The notes under the pieces were generated by a model, which saw nothing but the letters and a program-made list of their open reading frames with translations, was not told the origin of the DNA and did not search any database. 64,000 bases of DNA. It comes from Podarcis tiliguerta (Eukaryota). The position numbers and the translations under genes are program-made. The DNA is taken from assembly GCA_965153285.1 (NCBI GenBank), contig OZ229118.1. The stretch is one strand, 5' to 3'. Within the stretch, counting starts at the first letter, position 1, and each line of letters opens with the position of its first letter. This document shows, piece by piece, positions 59,301 to 64,000 of the stretch.

Positions 59301-62300
59301 CTCACATTATAAGGGCGTGTCCCAAGGGAGAGATGTGTACGCATGTGGTAAATATTTGTATCTATGTCACTAGGCAGGTAAAGAAAGGCACAGGTGTTGA
59401 GTCTAGTGTGGAAGGAGGAGCTTGGCAAAACTCCTGTTAACCCAGTATGAAAGATCAGCCAGGACTCGCCCTGCTTACTGTCCAACTTCATAATGGTACT
59501 CTCTACTGATGCTTTCTAAAATGGCTGAAATAGATATGGCTACAACAGCCCACCCAACAGCTGAACCAGAACTGGAACATACAGTCAGAATCAATTTCAG
59601 GCAAACACAAAGCAAGAGGAAAACACACAACTCTATAATCTTTAAACAGATTATATAGAGACCCGGTAATTAAAGGCAGATCAGCAAGCATCATTAGTCA
59701 TAATGTAAATGCTTCTCTCAAAAGCGAGTGTGTGTTTTAAGTTGAATCAAAACTCCTCCTGAGTGACAAGCCGAATCCTTGCCTTCTAGTTCTTGCAGTT
59801 TTTGTATTGCAAGCAAGACTCGAGCAGTCGTTTGCTTCCAGACAGCTTTTACTGCCGGAAAGTTGATCAAAATGCATGGCAGACTCAAACCAGCACTCAC
59901 TCAGCACAGAAGGCTGGAGTAATCCTATGACTCACAGGAGGAATATTTTTCTCTCAGACAGTTTGTCAGCTTAGGGAATAAGCTCACACACAAGGCAACC
60001 CTTGAACGGAACTTGCTTATATCCAGTGCCAAGTGAAATCGTCTCCAAAATCCTAACCCTTATCCAGTCCCATTCAGTTCAAAGCAAGTTTGTCAGCAGA
60101 TTCAATTTTCTTACTGCATATATTATACACATATTCCTAAGAGCTTGATGAGATGTTCAGTCTGGTAGAAAGCCTACATATTTAACAAGTACACCGATGT
60201 GGATCTGTCTACTACTGCTGCCATTTTAAATTTCTTACACACACTCGCATGCAAGTCAAAGATGTCAGGAGATGTTTGGGGAGAATACTAGGGATGTATT
60301 GGAAATAACAACCTGGACCCACAGCAACACTAACCCGCACTCCACATGCCTAGTGTCCATTCAATCAAAGGAGAGATTTCAGCAGGAGCTCAGAGCAATT
60401 ACCAGCCGTGTGCAGGCAGAACCAATTGGAAGGGGGGCCATTTGGTCCAGGGCCTCAAGCTCAAAGGGGGCCTCACATTTAGACACCCAATGCATCCCAT
60501 AAGGCTGTAACTATCATATGTAATGTATAAAAAGCTGTTATTGCTGAAGCAGAGGCAAAAGTATGTGAACAGCTCAGTGAAATTAAAAGCATTTGGTGAA
60601 ATTCTAGCAATATAAGCTAAACTTCAGAAAGTAGGTATCACTTTTCACTAGCGAAATGTGCTATTTTTCAGTGGTTTGGGGAAGTGTGGGATTTTCTCAC
60701 TGCTGAAAATACTGGGGGCCAAATTACTTACTGTGAGCCGAGCAAAACCAGAGGTCCTTTTATGTATTTTTTATATTCACTGAATATGCTGGAGGTCTTG
60801 GTGGAACAGCAACATAGTCCAAAGGATACCAAACTATATACATACATTAAAGCTTTATATCTTCTACCCTTATTTAGACCTGTGTTCACCATACAATGCC
60901 TTATTCATTCTTGGACCATACCCTGCTTCAGCTACATGTACAACACTGAATTTATTGCCTTTGCTGAATAATGCTTGTTTCCTGCCTATTTTTATGCACA
61001 GGCTCTAATTATTTTATTTTTGGGGGCTCGTTACAGTTAATGTAGCCTGGTGGAAATTTAGAATACATACTTCAAAATCCCCCTAAGGATTAATGTAACA
61101 CGAACTAACCAAAGAATAATAATAATATTTCATTACTAAAGTATGACTTTATTTTAATGCAATTTCCCCTGCACAATGCTTCCGCTAACAAGTTGGCAGG
61201 GAGTGTGGATCTTGCATTTTGAAGGTGTCCCAGTACCTATGCCATTTATTTAATGAGCACGCTTGGGCACTCTAACTTGAAAGACTGCTCATTAGATTTA
61301 TGCATCCTCCCCATTAGAAATCTGTATGTATTCCTGATGTAGGCTTAAAACACCAACGGAAACTAGATGTCTCAGGTGAATTTAGATTAGCTGGACTCTC
61401 AGTAAATCAGAAGAAAAGAAATAGTGTTTGTGGAACAATACCCCCTCCCCAAGACCTAAATGTAGAGAGAATGGATGGCAGGGAGTCATTATTGGACCAA
61501 AAACATTGATAGTACTCAATGGGTTGGCTCAATTGGCTCAGTGGGTTGGTACCATCTTCAGAATAAGCACCTGAGTTACTTTCTGCTCAACTATACAGGC
61601 TTCCAGAATAGGCCTGGTGTCCAAGTGTCAGAAAGACACATTAGACACAAAGAGATGAGGAAGGAAAAAACACAGGAGAAAAGGCTAACATTAGTCAAAG
61701 CTGAGTACTCAGCAGAATGAAAGGAATCTAAGGTTAGGCTAGGCAGTCTCATTTATTTCCACTGCTAAAAAGAAGCCCTGGAGCCAGCATATATGTTACA
61801 TGAAAGGGCTTGTTCATATAGTAGGCTTATGACAGATACATGCATGATTAAATTCCAGAAAAGTGTCACGGTTTCTTTCTAGTATTTAGAGTGCATTAAC
61901 GTAAGTTTATGGTAGAATAATGGATCAAATGTCATAAAGCCATATGGTGCTGTTCTATTCTATGAATTTCTCCCCCTTTAAGCTACAAGGGTGGTCCAAA
62001 GGTCATGCATCCAAGAGAAGGTTAACAAAAAATTTAAAACTGCTTGGCGTGCGACTTTTCAATGTTACAGACAGCAATACTCCACGGAATATAGCCACAA
62101 GCTGAAGAATAATGTGGAAAAAGCCCTACTGGCCCAGCTCTTAAGATTGATTGAGCTGGTACATTAGGATGAGATGCACCAACTGGGCTCACAGAGCACA
62201 CACTTTAATGCCAGCATTCCAGAGATAGCAGTGTTGTAGGCAAATACATTGAAAAAATTACAATACAGGAATGTTTTTAAGACAAAAAGGGTTTTGAGGC

Positions 62301-62753
62301 TACAATAACTAGCTATATATTTCAATTTACTATGATGCTGATGGACGCATGCCCCCCCCCCCCAAATGCAGGTATAGTTTCAGAGACCCTCTTGTTTACA
62401 TTATCTGAGCAGAAACAGCCAAGCGTGTTGAACTCATTTTCTACGTAAGAAAAATCTATGAGAACTGACAGCTGGCTAATATGACATTTTTAGGAGTGTT
62501 TTCTGAAGCACTGAATCTTTTGAAGTTTCTTGGTTTACTTGAATGTTCAGTCAATAGACCTACCAATAAGGTGAAACTGTGCTGAGGCTGAATCCCATAA
62601 CATTCAACAAGCTTTGCTCTCTTCGCACTGGGGAGGTCAGGAAGCCTCTCCCGAAGCCAATCAATATTCACCACTTGCCGGTCGCTTGTGTGAGCAGGCG
62701 AAGATTTAGAATCGCGAAGAATCAATGGAGGAAGGTTCGGCTCCGGCATAAAC
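50226..62753 (-). CDS. GATB: Mitochondrial glutamyl-tRNA(Gln) amidotransferase subunit B (PET112), 3' part only: complement(join(62564-62753,58689-58822,57994-58072,53958-54092,50226-50351)); 5' exons lie beyond the window
   Basis: (R)[10 protein letters not shown] is the GatB DYR-FMPEP motif. The five exons join in frame to the C-terminal ..[23 protein letters not shown] (GatB helical/YqeY-like tail). Confidence 0.95.
51121..51259. mobile_element. Degraded hairpin hAT-type MITE
   Basis: cagatg..ctgcagctcccatcatacctgaccattgg..ctggagctgatagga..ctggaagaccaca pattern. Confidence 0.6.
51570..51707. mobile_element. Palindromic hAT MITE (138 bp)
   Basis: Nearly whole-length inverted repeat; 8-bp TSD CTTTA(A/G)TC. 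Confidence 0.88.
53958..54092 (-). CDS. GATB: GATB exon ([13 protein letters not shown]...AHQKE)
   Basis: ctgcag|GTG ... GAG|gtgata, 135 nt. Confidence 0.93.
56555..56575. repeat. (CAG)7 microsatellite in a GATB intron
   Basis: Read directly from the sequence. Confidence 0.9.
57042..57420 (-). mobile_element. Sauria SINE, older and more diverged copy
   Basis: aggtaaaaggtaaa tail, tatttatctacttgca core, CpG-decayed head. Confidence 0.85.
57561..57699. repeat. Imperfect palindromic repeat built from aaaccatg/catggttt units
   Basis: Arms 57561-57616 and 57645-57699 are roughly 80% reverse-complementary by eye. Confidence 0.6.
57994..58072 (-). CDS. GATB: GATB exon ([27 protein letters not shown])
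   Basis: tctag|T ... CAA|gtgagc, 79 nt. Confidence 0.93.
58689..58822 (-). CDS. GATB: GATB exon ([13 protein letters not shown]...LEVKE)
   Basis: gagcag|AAT ... AG|gtgagg, 134 nt. Confidence 0.93.
62564..62753 (-). CDS. GATB: GATB exon ([12 protein letters not shown]...HSFTLL)
   Basis: ctcccag|G ... TTG|gtaggt, 190 nt. Confidence 0.94.
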
Positions 62754-64000
62754 CTGGGAGAAAACAAAGGGAGGCTCCTCTGCTGTCCTTTTCACTTAAA
62801 CCCTTTAGCTGCATCCCAGCCACCTGTGATGAAGTTGCTCCTTCTCCTAACAATTATGGGACTTAGCGTAAGCAAACCAAATGCTCGGAGTCCACAGCTG
62901 AGTGCAAGTCCTCTCAGCAGCAACAGATAAGCCCCTGTGCCGAGGTGCATAGCCTCAAGCTGCCTTTTATTTTATTTTTTTGATGATCCGCCACTGGCTG
63001 TCAACAGCCAGCAACGGGGAGAAGGAATAAATTTAAGCCATTTTACGCCCTTCCAAAAAAACACAAACAAAATGCAGATGTCGCTTATCGTCCTCGGTGC
63101 CAAACAGGACCTGTGATTTCAGACCAACTGGGAGTACAATCTGGCAAAAGGAAAAGGGAAGAATGACAGCCAGATGCTAGCAGTGTTCCACGCAGGTTGC
63201 AACCTCCCTCGTATTAGTCGGAGGAGTTTCAATGAAAGGAGGAAACCGCGCTAAAAGCCAAGTTGCCATCTTCAGTGGGGTGCCATGGCAAATAAATCTG
63301 AGTGACAACATCAAATGACAAGGGCTGCGCCGAAGAAGGGGCTGATTCAAGCCACCACAAAAACATGGCGATTAAAGAGCCAACTCCTGCCTTGCACGAA
63401 CAAATGATGGATTTGAAAACTTAAACAATTAAAGCGTTGCCATGTCTCTTTGCAAACAGCGGAGATGCATTCCTTGAAGAAGTTAGACTTAAGCTACACC
63501 CACTGCTTTCAAATCCAGATTTCAATAAACAAAAGCACAGTTTAAAAAGCAAATTTCACTATAGCTTTTGAATTGATTTATCCATGCTTTCTTTCTCCCC
63601 GTTTTTATTTTATTTTAAACAAAACATTCAAGTTCATCAGTTGAAGCAGTGAAACAGGCTGAGGCTAGCAGATGTGTAAAGAACTAATGAAATAGCCACA
63701 GCCCTCTCCTCACACAGTATCCTGCGATATAGGAAAATGAGGTCTAAAGAGGTTAGCACTGCATTAGCTACAGTGTTCAACTGCATTAGCTGTGGAAAAA
63801 TCAAAACTCTATTGAAAAAAAGTACACCCACTTTTATCCATGTAGCAAGGATATTATGATCAAATGAAGATGGACAACTGGAAGTGCTATTTATGCAGCT
63901 TTGAACATACCTGGAAGTGGGCTTTTAACAAATTTCAGCCGGTAATAAAAATTTGTAGCACAGACTACTAAAGAGGTGGCAGCTATTTCAAATATTTGAA

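Noticed and set aside
62754-64000. Further upstream GATB exon (expected ..MRDKEGKQDYR)
   Set aside because: No matching sequence found on the minus strand; it presumably lies beyond the window.

Overview
Eukaryotic (vertebrate) genomic DNA, almost certainly a squamate and probably a lacertid lizard, judging from Sauria/POM-type SINEs, BovB/RTE, L2 and CR1 fragments. The + strand carries the complete coding region of FHIP1A (FAM160A1): 11 coding exons from ATG 1201 to stop 40917, 3027 nt = 1008 aa, with all splice phases consistent and a GC-AG last intron. The - strand carries the last five coding exons of GATB (PET112), 62753 down to stop 50226. The two genes are tail-to-tail, as I recall for human 4q31. 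Introns and the intergenic space hold many small transposon relics: Tc1/mariner and hAT MITEs, SINEs and LINE 3' ends, several nested or with clear target-site duplications (TSDs). Most ORFs in the supplied track are spurious. I cannot support a wholly new biological system here. The best leads are a MITE with a 40-bp inverted duplication of its flank, inverted MITE pairs around an in-frame exon, a MITE-borne poly(A) signal for GATB, the GC donor with candidate alternative last exons, uORFs, and miR-17~92-type seed sites. Gene and family names rest on recalled sequence similarity, not database searches.
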